Origin: a virus
Length of the DNA stretch: 64,000 nucleotides
Virus record (IMG/VR): IMGVR_UViG_3300046804_003780
Strand: one strand, 5' to 3'
Shown piece after piece: positions 29,266 through 38,939 of the stretch. The first letter of the stretch is position 1. Each line of letters opens with the position of its first letter. The notes beneath the pieces are model-generated. The model did not search any database and was not told where the DNA came from. It was given only the letters and a program-made list of their open reading frames with translations. The position numbers were made by a program, and so were the translations under genes.

Positions 29266-30813
29266 TCAGCCAAGCACCGCATAGAAGGGCAATGGGGCCA
29301 AAAATTCATCATAATCACGAATTTGAGACTCAAGTTCACTAACATAATTACCAAGGTCCTGTAACATTCTGGTTACTAATAATGTAGCCATAACTAAATC
29401 ATCGGTTTCTCCTACTTTTGCTTTGTACGACCCTGAGTTTGCAACAAAATTCTTCATCTCTGTCACCAAAGATTTACTATGTATTTTCATGCGTTTTGAT
29501 TCTACAAGATGCTTAAATTTTGCACATGCCGCCAATTTAGATTTTTGTGTTGTATTGTAACCCTTACGTTTTTTTACTCCTGACTCAGTTAAAAAAGTAC
29601 CAGGAATATTATGTTCTCCGTATTCTTGTAAAGACATTAGTGCAGCTTCACCAATAGAATTATTTTCAATACTATAGTAAATATTATTTGGTTCTTTGGT
29701 TAGATCAACTATATAATCTGTTATCTGTTTCATTAAACGTATTTGTTCAGGTATTACAGTTTGATTATGTTTCCATTCACCAACTTGAGTTGTTGTGTTT
29801 GCCTCAAATATTTGTATTGCTGCTGGGTCGCTACCTGTACCTAAACTAGGATCAAGAGCTAGGACGTAAATATTACCGGAAGTTGGTTTTTTATACCAAC
29901 GTACCTGACCTTGTTTATATATAGGTTCTATACCTTCTAGTTCAAATAAAGCACTTGGACTAATTAATGTTTCATCAGCAATAATAAATTCACAATCCAT
30001 CTCACGACGGAATCTATCAGAACCTAATTGAGCTTTCATTTCTATTGCCCATCGTTCATCTCGTTCAGGATGCTCATGCCAATAAGCACGATAGGCTTTA
30101 AACCCATTTACTCCCACTTCAGTTTGATTTCCGAACTCATCTTCAGTTTTGTTAGCCATCTTCCAAATAAGTGCGAACTGATCTTCGTCACTGTTTGGTG
30201 TACTTGTGATAATTGCTTTACCACCAGTTGATAGTGTTGGTGTAATAGAAGTCCAAAACTCTTGTGCTATGGTAGGTCTTACGAAAGCAAATTCGTCAAG
30301 ATATAATAATGAAATAGAAAGACCACGACCTGTATTTTCAGTGGTTGTTGCACTAATTATACGACTACCGTTATCAAAGTCTAATGATCCTTTGTTGTAT
30401 GTTACAACACCTGCTTTAATATGTAATGGACAATTTTCATATGCATATCGAATACGTTGCATAATCTCTTGTGCACCTGCATACTTGTGTGCGGCAATTA
30501 ATATTGTACTGTCAGGTACAAACATAGCATACCAAAGTAAATAACCAGCTGCACTTGTTGATTTACCAGTTTGTCGTGGCATTAGTGAAATTGAAAAACG
30601 ATACTTATGATATGTTTCGATTAATCGTTCTTGATAGTCCCACGGATGATACTGCATTGCTCCCTTAGTTGGATGCTGAATCATAAAGAAGTTATCCATA
30701 AAGTAAAGATAACCAGTTGCAGGATCACTACATTTGATAAAATCTTCTAGTTGTTTATCATCCGCAAATACTGTTTTTGCGTAAGGGGTTTTAATTAAGG
30801 TAGGAATACTCAT
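29266..30813 (-). CDS. Terminase large subunit (gp17-like)
   Basis: PRQTGKST, LYLDEFAF, ITSTPN, DPSLGTGSD, IENN, DDLVMA. Confidence 0.95.
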   Translation of the reverse strand: MSIPTLIKTPYAKTVFADDKQLEDFIKCSDPATGYLYFMDNFFMIQHPTKGAMQYHPWDYQERLIETYHKYRFSISLMPRQTGKSTSAAGYLLWYAMFVPDSTILIAAHKYAGAQEIMQRIRYAYENCPLHIKAGVVTYNKGSLDFDNGSRIISATTTENTGRGLSISLLYLDEFAFVRPTIAQEFWTSITPTLSTGGKAIITSTPNSDEDQFALIWKMANKTEDEFGNQTEVGVNGFKAYRAYWHEHPERDERWAIEMKAQLGSDRFRREMDCEFIIADETLISPSALFELEGIEPIYKQGQVRWYKKPTSGNIYVLALDPSLGTGSDPAAIQIFEANTTTQVGEWKHNQTVIPEQIRLMKQITDYIVDLTKEPNNIYYSIENNSIGEAALMSLQEYGEHNIPGTFLTESGVKKRKGYNTTQKSKLAACAKFKHLVESKRMKIHSKSLVTEMKNFVANSGSYKAKVGETDDLVMATLLVTRMLQDLGNYVSELESQIRDYDEFLAPLPFYAVLG

Positions 30814-30831
30814 GCCAGTATTTAGTAACTA

Positions 30832-32187
30832 TTATGTTACTTCTTCCCAATTTACTGCACCGTATACGTTAACGTTGTTACCATTAGTTGTCAAACATAT
30901 TGTTAGCTCCATGGGAGTACTAGTAAATGTGTTTCTTTCTAATTGATATGCGAAAGGATCAGCAACGTCAGCAACACCTGCAAATTGATTACTACCAATA
31001 ATTTGTTTCCATTCGGCTATTCTACCACCAGTAATACTAGTTGCAGTTAAATTATATTCTACTGAACTACTTGTACCTGCGTCTACCCAAGTGCCACCTG
31101 CTGTTGTTCCACCTATTATAATCATAAATCTAAAATTATTATTACCGGTTAGCCCAACACTATAATTTTTAGGTAATACAATAGCACCCATTCTAGTAGA
31201 TTTTAATCTCATACTAAAGATTGGGTATACAGTATTTGGATTTGACAGTACATAAGGGGCATTTAATCCATGACCAATACTCAACGGTCTGCCTGTTAAT
31301 GCGTATCCACCTTCAGAAATAACTGTGCTACAAATTTGTTTATATGTGCTACTGCTTGTAGTTATTCCGGTGTTTTCTATTTCCATTCGCACTGGTAAAC
31401 ATGCGGTAGTCATATATGTTGATGAAATAATATTTGCATGTTGGAACACATGTGCCAATATAAATTGACCGTTGATTACAAATCCACATCTAACACTACC
31501 TACTCCTAACCACTCTATATCAAAAAATAAAATTTGTGCTTTAGTCATATCAAGCACGACACCTGATTCACCTGTTCCGTCTAATGGATCTACATTCCAA
31601 TCAGCTTGATTTGCAGTTTCATATACTATTGATCCGGTAACATACGAACGAATTCTAAATTTTAACGCAGTTCCATCTTGCTCTAAAAATACCCCATTGT
31701 TGGTATCAAAATATCCTATTCGTTGGCGAAGATTTGTCTTTGCGGGCGACATAACAAATGTAGTTAATATTTGTAAACTTTTTCCAGGCTGATATGCAAA
31801 TACACGATTACTTTCTCTATACACTGCATCACCGCTTGCAGTGCCAACCGTGCAATTAATTAATCCTGCGTTATCATCGAACGTTGCGGTAGCATCTCCA
31901 TTGGTGTAAGTGCTAATTTTACCGTTATCATTATAACGATGAAAACTATCAAATAAAGTTAATGGATTGCTTACACGTAATCTACCGAATGCATCGTTCG
32001 ATGCAGGGCTTGCACCACTTGTTGTACGAATAACAGGCTGGCCCTGTGTATTATATTCCATCGCCTTAGCGAGATTTAATAAATTCGTTTCCTGTGGATG
32101 AATGTAATTTGTAGAATTTAATCTTTTGTCTAGAACACCGTCATGGTGAGCCGGGGTGTATAGTTGACCTGTATCTTCTCCTGCCAT
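30832..32187 (-). CDS. Beta-rich probable virion protein
   Basis: DAFGRLRVS, YQPGKS, EWLGVGSVRCG; late-gene context. Confidence 0.55.
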   Translation of the reverse strand: MAGEDTGQLYTPAHHDGVLDKRLNSTNYIHPQETNLLNLAKAMEYNTQGQPVIRTTSGASPASNDAFGRLRVSNPLTLFDSFHRYNDNGKISTYTNGDATATFDDNAGLINCTVGTASGDAVYRESNRVFAYQPGKSLQILTTFVMSPAKTNLRQRIGYFDTNNGVFLEQDGTALKFRIRSYVTGSIVYETANQADWNVDPLDGTGESGVVLDMTKAQILFFDIEWLGVGSVRCGFVINGQFILAHVFQHANIISSTYMTTACLPVRMEIENTGITTSSSTYKQICSTVISEGGYALTGRPLSIGHGLNAPYVLSNPNTVYPIFSMRLKSTRMGAIVLPKNYSVGLTGNNNFRFMIIIGGTTAGGTWVDAGTSSSVEYNLTATSITGGRIAEWKQIIGSNQFAGVADVADPFAYQLERNTFTSTPMELTICLTTNGNNVNVYGAVNWEEVT

Positions 32188-32197
32188 TTTTTATCCT

Positions 32198-32635
32198 TTA
32201 TGGCCCTGGTGGTGTGTCTACCCATGGTCGGCCTTCAATAAGTCCGTCTGGATTGGGATTATCAACTACTGTATTTCCGCTATAATATGTAGGTAATTCA
32301 GAAATGTCATAGTATGGTCTAGTATTACCCAATTCTAATCTTTCTAAATTTGATAAATCTAATTTGGCGACTTGCCTATCTTCAAGTGTCGTAAGCCTAG
32401 CTATCTTATTTGCTGTTCTCAAAACAGACCCTTCTGTTATAGAATAAAATGCTAACGTTTTTGTTACATCTAATTCTGTGCTGTTAAACACAAGGCTGAA
32501 CCAGTTAACATTGCAACTTGTTGCAGTTTCTATTGTTGTTTTGAACGTACCTACCGTAGTTAAATCCGCAACAGTATATGGATCAAATTGTGCTGCGTTG
32601 AGTAAACTTTGTACAGTTATATTGATTGTCGCCAT
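32198..32635 (-). CDS. Ubiquitin-like domain protein with C-terminal extension
   Basis: Residues ~3-75 align by eye with ubiquitin (TVGTFKTTI; LVFNSTELDVTKTLAFYSITEGSVL). Confidence 0.65.
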   Translation of the reverse strand: MATINITVQSLLNAAQFDPYTVADLTTVGTFKTTIETATSCNVNWFSLVFNSTELDVTKTLAFYSITEGSVLRTANKIARLTTLEDRQVAKLDLSNLERLELGNTRPYYDISELPTYYSGNTVVDNPNPDGLIEGRPWVDTPPGP

Positions 32636-32637
32636 TA

Positions 32638-32925
32638 TTATTCCTTAAACTGTAGTCCAGGATATAACGGAAATGTGGCTGTTTTTAAATCTGCTGGATG
32701 CTTTGGTCCGTTCACTCCGCCGGCGATATCTTTAATAAGATAATCTACAGACGTAACCACTGTATCAGGACTGTTTGCTAAGTTATTTTGGCAGTTAGGG
32801 CAATCACAACCATCTCCGCACCCACAGTCATCAGATTCATTTTCAAAATCTAATTGACCATCTTCTTTACCGTCTAGATTATCAATTAAATCTAACAGGT
32901 CTCTAATAAATTCAGTAGCTCTCAT
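32638..32925 (-). CDS. Small acidic late protein with Cys cluster
   Basis: MRATEFI start; CGCGDGCDCPNC. Confidence 0.6.
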   Translation of the reverse strand: MRATEFIRDLLDLIDNLDGKEDGQLDFENESDDCGCGDGCDCPNCQNNLANSPDTVVTSVDYLIKDIAGGVNGPKHPADLKTATFPLYPGLQFKE

Positions 32926-32937
32926 GATAATATTTAT

Positions 32938-33273
32938 CTACCCAATTGTGCCTAAGTCGGGTTCAGTATCCCAAGGGTCTGTTTGTCCAGGAACAAATTT
33001 GGGCTTTTGTAGCTTCTCAGGGTCTAACGGCACTGCGTTCGGATCATCTTTTGATGGATCATATGACTTTGGTTTATTTGGTAGTTTACCAAATGTTTTT
33101 ATATATCTTTTATAATCATCCCATGTGTCTCCAATTTCTTCTGGATCACCTTGAAGTTCTTCTGGCGTTCTGCCGTAGAAGTTTTGTCTTTGTTGATGTT
33201 TTTCCCATGCCTTTTGTATTTGTTGAAATCTAGGATCACTTTCGCTTTCAGTTAATATTTCATGTATTCTCAT
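32938..33273 (-). CDS. Small late protein
   Basis: MRIHEILTE start. Confidence 0.6.
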   Translation of the reverse strand: MRIHEILTESESDPRFQQIQKAWEKHQQRQNFYGRTPEELQGDPEEIGDTWDDYKRYIKTFGKLPNKPKSYDPSKDDPNAVPLDPEKLQKPKFVPGQTDPWDTEPDLGTIG

Positions 33274-33542
33274 AATGGTTTCTCTCCTGTCATATATGGG
33301 AGACTAAACCATAATTTAAACCACTCAGGTGTTCCGGGCTGTATATTATGTTTCTTCATTAGTTCACCCTTTTCTGTTCCTGTCACACTCATATTAATAC
33401 CAGACAGTGGACTCATGTTAGGCAACCCTGCAAGTTTTTTTAGTTCTTGCAGGGTCATATCTTTAGTTTCAGGAATGTTTACTTGTTGTAACTTAGAATA
33501 ACCATTCATTAACTTTGCTTGTTTCCATACATCAAAAGTCAT
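33270..33542 (-). CDS. Small late protein
   Basis: LQELKKLAGL, IQPGTPEWFKLWF. Confidence 0.65.
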   Translation of the reverse strand: MTFDVWKQAKLMNGYSKLQQVNIPETKDMTLQELKKLAGLPNMSPLSGINMSVTGTEKGELMKKHNIQPGTPEWFKLWFSLPYMTGEKPL

Positions 33543-33558
33543 GTATGTATTTAGCGTG

Positions 33559-34251
33559 TTACTTAACGTCTAATGGTCTACGTTTGTGTGCTAAAATAGC
33601 GTAGTATTTTTCTCTAGCTTTAATTGGCTCGCCGTCCTCGTCTGTTCCCACTGTTAAGTCAAATTCTATATTATTGAATTTTTCAATATCAAATCCAGTA
33701 CGTACTAATAACGCTGCCAGTTGGCTTGAACCTAATATACTATAGTGATTAGGATTAGTTTCATGTTTTCGATCACAGTCAGGGGCAGGCACTTCAATGT
33801 AAATGCTTGCATTTTGTTTTAGTAGACGATTATATTCCATTAAACTAAAAATAGGATATGGGCTATGCTCTAATGCATGGCGTAAAAATATAAAATCAAC
33901 ACTTTCATCAATATATCCATCTTTTTGTGGTATAAAGCTAAGATCATATCCTTTAATTGTATGTCCTTTGCTTTGACAAAGTTTAATATCTTCGGGGCTT
34001 AGTGTTACCCCAACGACATTTGTGAAACCACGTGTTTTCATTTCATCAAGAAAATATCCAGGACCACAGCCCAAATCTAAAATAACTGCATCCTTTGCTA
34101 GTTCCAATGGATCGACATATGCTTCTACTACCTGAGTGGTTAAAGATTTATGAAATCCGCTTTCACCCTCCGCATAGATATGCGAGGCATATAGCCATTC
34201 ATTATAAAATTTGAGTTTAATTAAGTCGAGGGTATTGTTAATATCAATCAT
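33559..34251 (-). CDS. Class I SAM-dependent methyltransferase
   Basis: ILDLGCGPG, RHALEHS, IYIEVP. Confidence 0.9.
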   Translation of the reverse strand: MIDINNTLDLIKLKFYNEWLYASHIYAEGESGFHKSLTTQVVEAYVDPLELAKDAVILDLGCGPGYFLDEMKTRGFTNVVGVTLSPEDIKLCQSKGHTIKGYDLSFIPQKDGYIDESVDFIFLRHALEHSPYPIFSLMEYNRLLKQNASIYIEVPAPDCDRKHETNPNHYSILGSSQLAALLVRTGFDIEKFNNIEFDLTVGTDEDGEPIKAREKYYAILAHKRRPLDVK

Positions 34252-34301
34252 AAAAATCCTAAAAAGTATAAACTTACTTATTCAAGATTTAGTTTGTTAC
34301 A

Positions 34302-34679
34302 TTATTTTCCGAATCCTTTAAAAGATTGGATAGGACTACTTTTATAAATATCCGGTAATTCTTGACTTCTGAGATCGCCTTTTGTTACATCATGCAACTT
34401 AGAACCTATTGCTTTTGCAGCCTGCTTCATCATATCCTGTTCTAGCTTTGTATATGGTTGAGCAGAATTATCTTTACCAATCCAACTTTCAGAATTAATA
34501 TTTATTGGAATGCCTGTGCCATCTGCACATGCTACTGCCATCATCATTCTATTTAATTCATAAGTTCTATCATAGCCCTCAGGGTCACGAAATACATCAA
34601 TCCCGACACTTGCATAGCCTTGTCTTTTCGTAATTTTACCTCGTTTTTTAGATTCAAAAATAAATTCTTTAGCTCTCAT
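34302..34679 (-). CDS. Hypothetical late protein
   Basis: MRAKEFIFE start. Confidence 0.6.
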   Translation of the reverse strand: MRAKEFIFESKKRGKITKRQGYASVGIDVFRDPEGYDRTYELNRMMMAVACADGTGIPININSESWIGKDNSAQPYTKLEQDMMKQAAKAIGSKLHDVTKGDLRSQELPDIYKSSPIQSFKGFGK

Positions 34680-35452
34680 TATATATCAATCTTAAAAGAA
34701 ATATTATGAGTAATTGTAGAACTTACAAAAGGAGTTACAATAACTCTTACATTACTAGCAGATACATCCATATCATATGTAGTTACTGCATTACCTGTTA
34801 TTAAGGTATTAAAAGCAGTAAAAGATACATTAGACCCATCATTGCTCAAAGAAGCTACTAACGTCACTGTTTGGCTATTATTACTATTTGCTTCTCTGCT
34901 AGTAACGTCAAATTTACCAGCACTAAATTGGCTTGTAGGGACTGCATAAATTGCTATAGGCGACGTTGTATTTGTAATAAATGTATGGGTATCTATAGTT
35001 GTATTGGGACTTGCACCATAATTAATACCACCTACAACAATATCTGCTTTAAGTGAAGGAAATACTGCGACATTAAAATTCATTATATTTGCATCTTCAG
35101 TAATATTAATATTACCTATGTTCAATGCGTTAGGACTGAGATACAAATTTCCAACTTGTCTTACTGGATCTCCAATTGTCATAGCATCATCTACAAGTGG
35201 CATAATATTAGCCCCTATGTAGAAATTACCTTCATCAGGATTAAAATTAAGATTTGTACTTGAGGAAAATGAATTTGTGATTATGTTCCCATTTACAGAA
35301 ACCAATTTAAACTGCACTGCACCGTTGGATCCTGAGGGCGTAAGATTACTAGCCTCTGCAAAATTATTGTTAATTTTAATGTATGCAACACGTAGGGGGT
35401 CGCCTGAACCGTCGTTGGGAAGAGAACCTACATTAATTACTTCATATGCCAT
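34679..35452 (-). CDS. Baseplate/fibre protein with gp9/gp10-like N-terminus
   Basis: INVGSLPNDGSGDPLRVAYIKINNNF. Confidence 0.8.
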   Translation of the reverse strand: MAYEVINVGSLPNDGSGDPLRVAYIKINNNFAEASNLTPSGSNGAVQFKLVSVNGNIITNSFSSSTNLNFNPDEGNFYIGANIMPLVDDAMTIGDPVRQVGNLYLSPNALNIGNINITEDANIMNFNVAVFPSLKADIVVGGINYGASPNTTIDTHTFITNTTSPIAIYAVPTSQFSAGKFDVTSREANSNNSQTVTLVASLSNDGSNVSFTAFNTLITGNAVTTYDMDVSASNVRVIVTPFVSSTITHNISFKIDI

Positions 35453-35501
35453 TTGTTAGTCCTGTTTATATAGTATTTATCGCTAAGATAAATATTAAAC
35501 T

Positions 35502-35939
35502 ATGAAAAAATTACTAACTATTTTACTTTTAGCTTATTCTGTTAATTTATCAGCAGCTAAAGCTCCTCAAGGTGTCACATATGATGCTCAAATACTACGT
35601 ATCAGTGACGGAGATACTATCGTTATTTCTGCCCCTTTCCTTCCTGCACCCTTAAAACCAGAGTTAGCGGTCAGAATTTATGGAGTTGATACTCCTGAAA
35701 AAGGTTTCCGTGCGAAATGCCCGCAGGAGGATGAGCGAGGAAAGCTTGCTACGAAATTTACAACAAATGCAGTTGCCAAATCATCTAAACGTCAGGTGGT
35801 TCTATATGACTGGGACAAGTTCGGTGGTCGTGTACTGGGAGATATCGTTTTAGATGGACAAAGCCTACGTGCTATGTTGATTCAGAACGGATTTGCACGT
35901 GAATATTACGGAGAAGCAAAACAATCTTGGTGTGATTAA
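35502..35939 (+). CDS. Thermonuclease (SNase-like) with signal peptide
   Basis: DGDT, VRIYGVDTPE, DKFGGRVLG, GFAREY. Confidence 0.9.
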   Translation: MKKLLTILLLAYSVNLSAAKAPQGVTYDAQILRISDGDTIVISAPFLPAPLKPELAVRIYGVDTPEKGFRAKCPQEDERGKLATKFTTNAVAKSSKRQVVLYDWDKFGGRVLGDIVLDGQSLRAMLIQNGFAREYYGEAKQSWCD

Positions 35940-36206
35940 CTACTTACCATTCTTTTCGTAAATGTGCTTTTGAATTTGATACCAGTCTTTCCAACTATCA
36001 ACTAAAACTGCACATTCATAATAGGATGTGTAGTTGTCACTTATTGTTGTAGCAATTTCACTTAATTTTGCATCATCCTTAACCTGTTTAAGAGGTGCGC
36101 ATTTGCCCATCAACATTTCGGGAGCGTCTGGAAATTTAGCTTTTACGGGCACTACAGTAGAACAACCTGTCAATAACAAAATAGCTATAATACTTAATTT
36201 CTTCAT
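35940..36206 (-). CDS. o-spanin-like lipoprotein
   Basis: Lipobox LLTGC, Pro-rich, adjacent to the i-spanin-like gene. Confidence 0.7.
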   Translation of the reverse strand: MKKLSIIAILLLTGCSTVVPVKAKFPDAPEMLMGKCAPLKQVKDDAKLSEIATTISDNYTSYYECAVLVDSWKDWYQIQKHIYEKNGK

Positions 36207-36652
36207 TTTTTAGGTTCCTCTGCAGCACTATTGATTGCTTTTATGAATTCTTTTGGAATTTCACATTGTCCCCCCGGAGCAAATTTAGTATCGTATTTTA
36301 CGATTTCACGGTCAATGTATTTTACTACATCACGACCACGTGTCTTAATATATTCACGTTTGGTGACAGTTTTTTCTACAATCTTAACATTTTCTTTTTG
36401 AGATTTGGCTTCAGCTTCGGCAAGCTGCTTTTCAACTTCTGCTACCTTTAATTTCCAACTTTGTTCGTTAAGAATAGCACCTTCCATAAATATCCCAAAT
36501 GTCAATAAGACAATTGAAATTATCTGTATGACAAGCTTGTATCTGCTAATTAAAGGAATGAAGGCGAATAGAAATCCAGCTATAATTCCTACTATTCCTG
36601 CCAATGAAATTGCATGAAAAACCCAATCGGGTGTAAATGATAGTATCCACAT
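36203..36652 (-). CDS. i-spanin-like membrane protein
   Basis: Start MWIL at 36652; N-terminal TM helices, coiled coil, C-terminal Cys. Confidence 0.65.
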   Translation of the reverse strand: MWILSFTPDWVFHAISLAGIVGIIAGFLFAFIPLISRYKLVIQIISIVLLTFGIFMEGAILNEQSWKLKVAEVEKQLAEAEAKSQKENVKIVEKTVTKREYIKTRGRDVVKYIDREIVKYDTKFAPGGQCEIPKEFIKAINSAAEEPKK

Positions 36653-36666
36653 GCATTTATTTATAC

Positions 36667-36903
36667 CTATAAACCCGAAAGATATAAGACGCACATAATT
36701 ATGTTCAGGATCCACATGCTTGGTTGTTTCCAAAGAAAACCCAACCAACCCCATAGAACAGCAGTTATTAAACCAAAATATTTGTTAATTGGCACAAAAT
36801 CATGGCTTGTCAAATAAACAGTTATCAAAGCCAAAAACGTAGCAGACCATTTTACATAAAAATCTAATGGTTTATTAAAAAGTATTGGTTTACCATTATA
36901 CAT
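36667..36903 (-). CDS. Small multi-pass membrane protein
   Basis: Three hydrophobic segments. Confidence 0.6.
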   Translation of the reverse strand: MYNGKPILFNKPLDFYVKWSATFLALITVYLTSHDFVPINKYFGLITAVLWGWLGFLWKQPSMWILNIIMCVLYLSGL

Positions 36904-37858
36904 TAAAAATAGTGGAATTGTTTAACCAATTGTAATATTTTAAAAAACCATCCTCTACATTTACTTTTGGTTCGTATCCAAAGTCTCTGACTGCTTTTTC
37001 AATACTTAATCTACCACGTTTTGGAAAGCTTAAATCTCTAGGCCCTACAATTAATTCACCCTTGCCTGCAATTTTTATTGCTAACTCTGCTGCTTGTTTT
37101 AATGTCCACAACTGATCTGCACTACGGGTGATATTATAAATTTCATTTATTGTATTAGGACTTAAACTCGCTTGTACGATACCTTCTGCTGCATCGTCTA
37201 CATATGTAAAATCTAGAATCTCGTCAGGTCCGTTTACTTTTAGTGTTTGTCCACGTATAGCTCCTAAAACAAATTTGCTAACCACCCTATCTTCCACATC
37301 AAGTTCACCGTATACAGCACTAGGGCGAATAATGACATGTTCAATACTAGTCCTGCGAGTATAATCTTGTACAAGTTTTTCTCCCATAAGTTTAAAGATA
37401 CCATACTGACCTATAGGATTGCATGTACTATCTTCTGTTACATCATGTTCAAAGTCTCCATAAACCATACTCGAACTGATATACACAAATCGTTTTACAT
37501 TATTCTTTATTGAGGCTTCTAATAGATTAGTAAGTCCTTCACACATTACTTTTGCACCCATTGCAGGGTCAGCTTCAACTGCTTTTTGTCGAGGATAACT
37601 AGCACAGTGAATAACTAAATCAGGTTTAATATTTTTAAAAATTATTTGTAAATTATGAAAATCAACTATGTCGATAATATAATTTTTGTAGTTGTTAATT
37701 TTTTTTCTGCGTTGATTGATTAAGGAATCAATTTGCTGCTGAGGTATAAAACCATAATTAGTATGATTATCAACAATAACAATTTCGTGATCATGTTCTA
37801 GTTTACTTACAATGTTATGTCCTATTAGACCCATCCCACCTGTGACTAATATTTTCAT
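36896..37858 (-). CDS. NAD-dependent nucleotide-sugar epimerase/dehydratase
   Basis: TGGMGLIG, SSSMVYG, YGIFK, DFTYVDD. Confidence 0.92.
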   Translation of the reverse strand: MKILVTGGMGLIGHNIVSKLEHDHEIVIVDNHTNYGFIPQQQIDSLINQRRKKINNYKNYIIDIVDFHNLQIIFKNIKPDLVIHCASYPRQKAVEADPAMGAKVMCEGLTNLLEASIKNNVKRFVYISSSMVYGDFEHDVTEDSTCNPIGQYGIFKLMGEKLVQDYTRRTSIEHVIIRPSAVYGELDVEDRVVSKFVLGAIRGQTLKVNGPDEILDFTYVDDAAEGIVQASLSPNTINEIYNITRSADQLWTLKQAAELAIKIAGKGELIVGPRDLSFPKRGRLSIEKAVRDFGYEPKVNVEDGFLKYYNWLNNSTIFNV

Positions 37859-38118
37859 TCGTATTTTAGATTATAATAGATAAGTTGTTGTTCGGTCATT
37901 TTGGTTGTAATAGTATATTGCCAACCATATTCATAAAAATTTCTATTCCATGTAGGTTCTATGGTATTATTCATTACCCATTGACCCTTTTCAGTTCGTT
38001 CAAATTCTACTAAACTTTGTGCAGCCCATAAATCAGGATCTTCAACATCACTCATATTAAATTTATGAACAACTACAGTTTTCATACTGCCATTGGGGCT
38101 TTCAATGGTCCGTGACAT
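37855..38118 (-). CDS. Hypothetical protein (family B-like C-terminus)
   Basis: DVEDPDLWAA; ends YYNLKYE; true start may be MKTVVV at 38085. Confidence 0.6.
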   Translation of the reverse strand: MSRTIESPNGSMKTVVVHKFNMSDVEDPDLWAAQSLVEFERTEKGQWVMNNTIEPTWNRNFYEYGWQYTITTKMTEQQLIYYNLKYE

Positions 38119-38939
38119 TGATAATCTTCAAGATGAATATCTTCCATGGTAAATTTATCAATATCTTTAATATCAAAATTTAAGAACAATCTAGGTAGTG
38201 GAAATTCTTCTCTACTTAATTGTTCTTTGACTTGTTCTACATGGTCTTTGTAAATGTGTGTGTCTCCCATGCTGATAACAAGTTCACCTACTTTATTCCC
38301 AGTAACCTGTGCAATCATATGTGTTAGCAATGCATAACTTGCTATATTAAAAGGTAATCCTAAAAATACATCAACACTACGTTGATACATGTGGCATGAC
38401 AATTCTTTATTTTTGTTTACATAAAATTGACACATAATATGGCAAGGTGGCAATGCCATATCTTCTAATTCAGCAGGATTCCATGCAGTTAAAATATGAC
38501 GCCTGCTGTGTGGATCGTTTTTAATTTGTGTGATCAATGTTTGTAATTGATCAATAGAAACTCTAACAGGAGGTTTGTCTGTTTTTACCCAATCACGCCA
38601 TTGTACTCCGTATATCCTACCTAAGTCACCTTCAAACTTTGCTTTGTGTTTCCAATAAGGAGCTAATGCATTTGGTGTCCATATAGTAGTAACACCTTCA
38701 CGTGTGCCATGTGTTAATTCTGCAAGCCTACGTTCATCACTTGATCCTTCTATGAACCAAAGAAGTTCTGCTACGCAACTTTTCCAAGCCAGCTTTTTAG
38801 TTGTGATGGCTGGAAAGCCCCTACGCAAATCAAAGCGAATATTACGTCCAAACACACTATAAGTGCCAACGCCAGTTCTATCATCTATAATTTCTCCGTT
38901 GCTAAGAATATCTTCTAAAAGATCATGATATTGTTTCAT
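38082..38939 (-). CDS. thyA: Thymidylate synthase
   Basis: DRTGVGT, ELLWF, YGVQWR, LPPCH, YQRSVD, PFNIASY. Confidence 0.97.
   Translation of the reverse strand: MKQYHDLLEDILSNGEIIDDRTGVGTYSVFGRNIRFDLRRGFPAITTKKLAWKSCVAELLWFIEGSSDERRLAELTHGTREGVTTIWTPNALAPYWKHKAKFEGDLGRIYGVQWRDWVKTDKPPVRVSIDQLQTLITQIKNDPHSRRHILTAWNPAELEDMALPPCHIMCQFYVNKNKELSCHMYQRSVDVFLGLPFNIASYALLTHMIAQVTGNKVGELVISMGDTHIYKDHVEQVKEQLSREEFPLPRLFLNFDIKDIDKFTMEDIHLEDYQCHGPLKAPMAV

Noticed and set aside
36667-36903. Holin call
   Set aside because: Only hydrophobicity and proximity to spanins support it, and no endolysin was recognised nearby. Left as a membrane protein.
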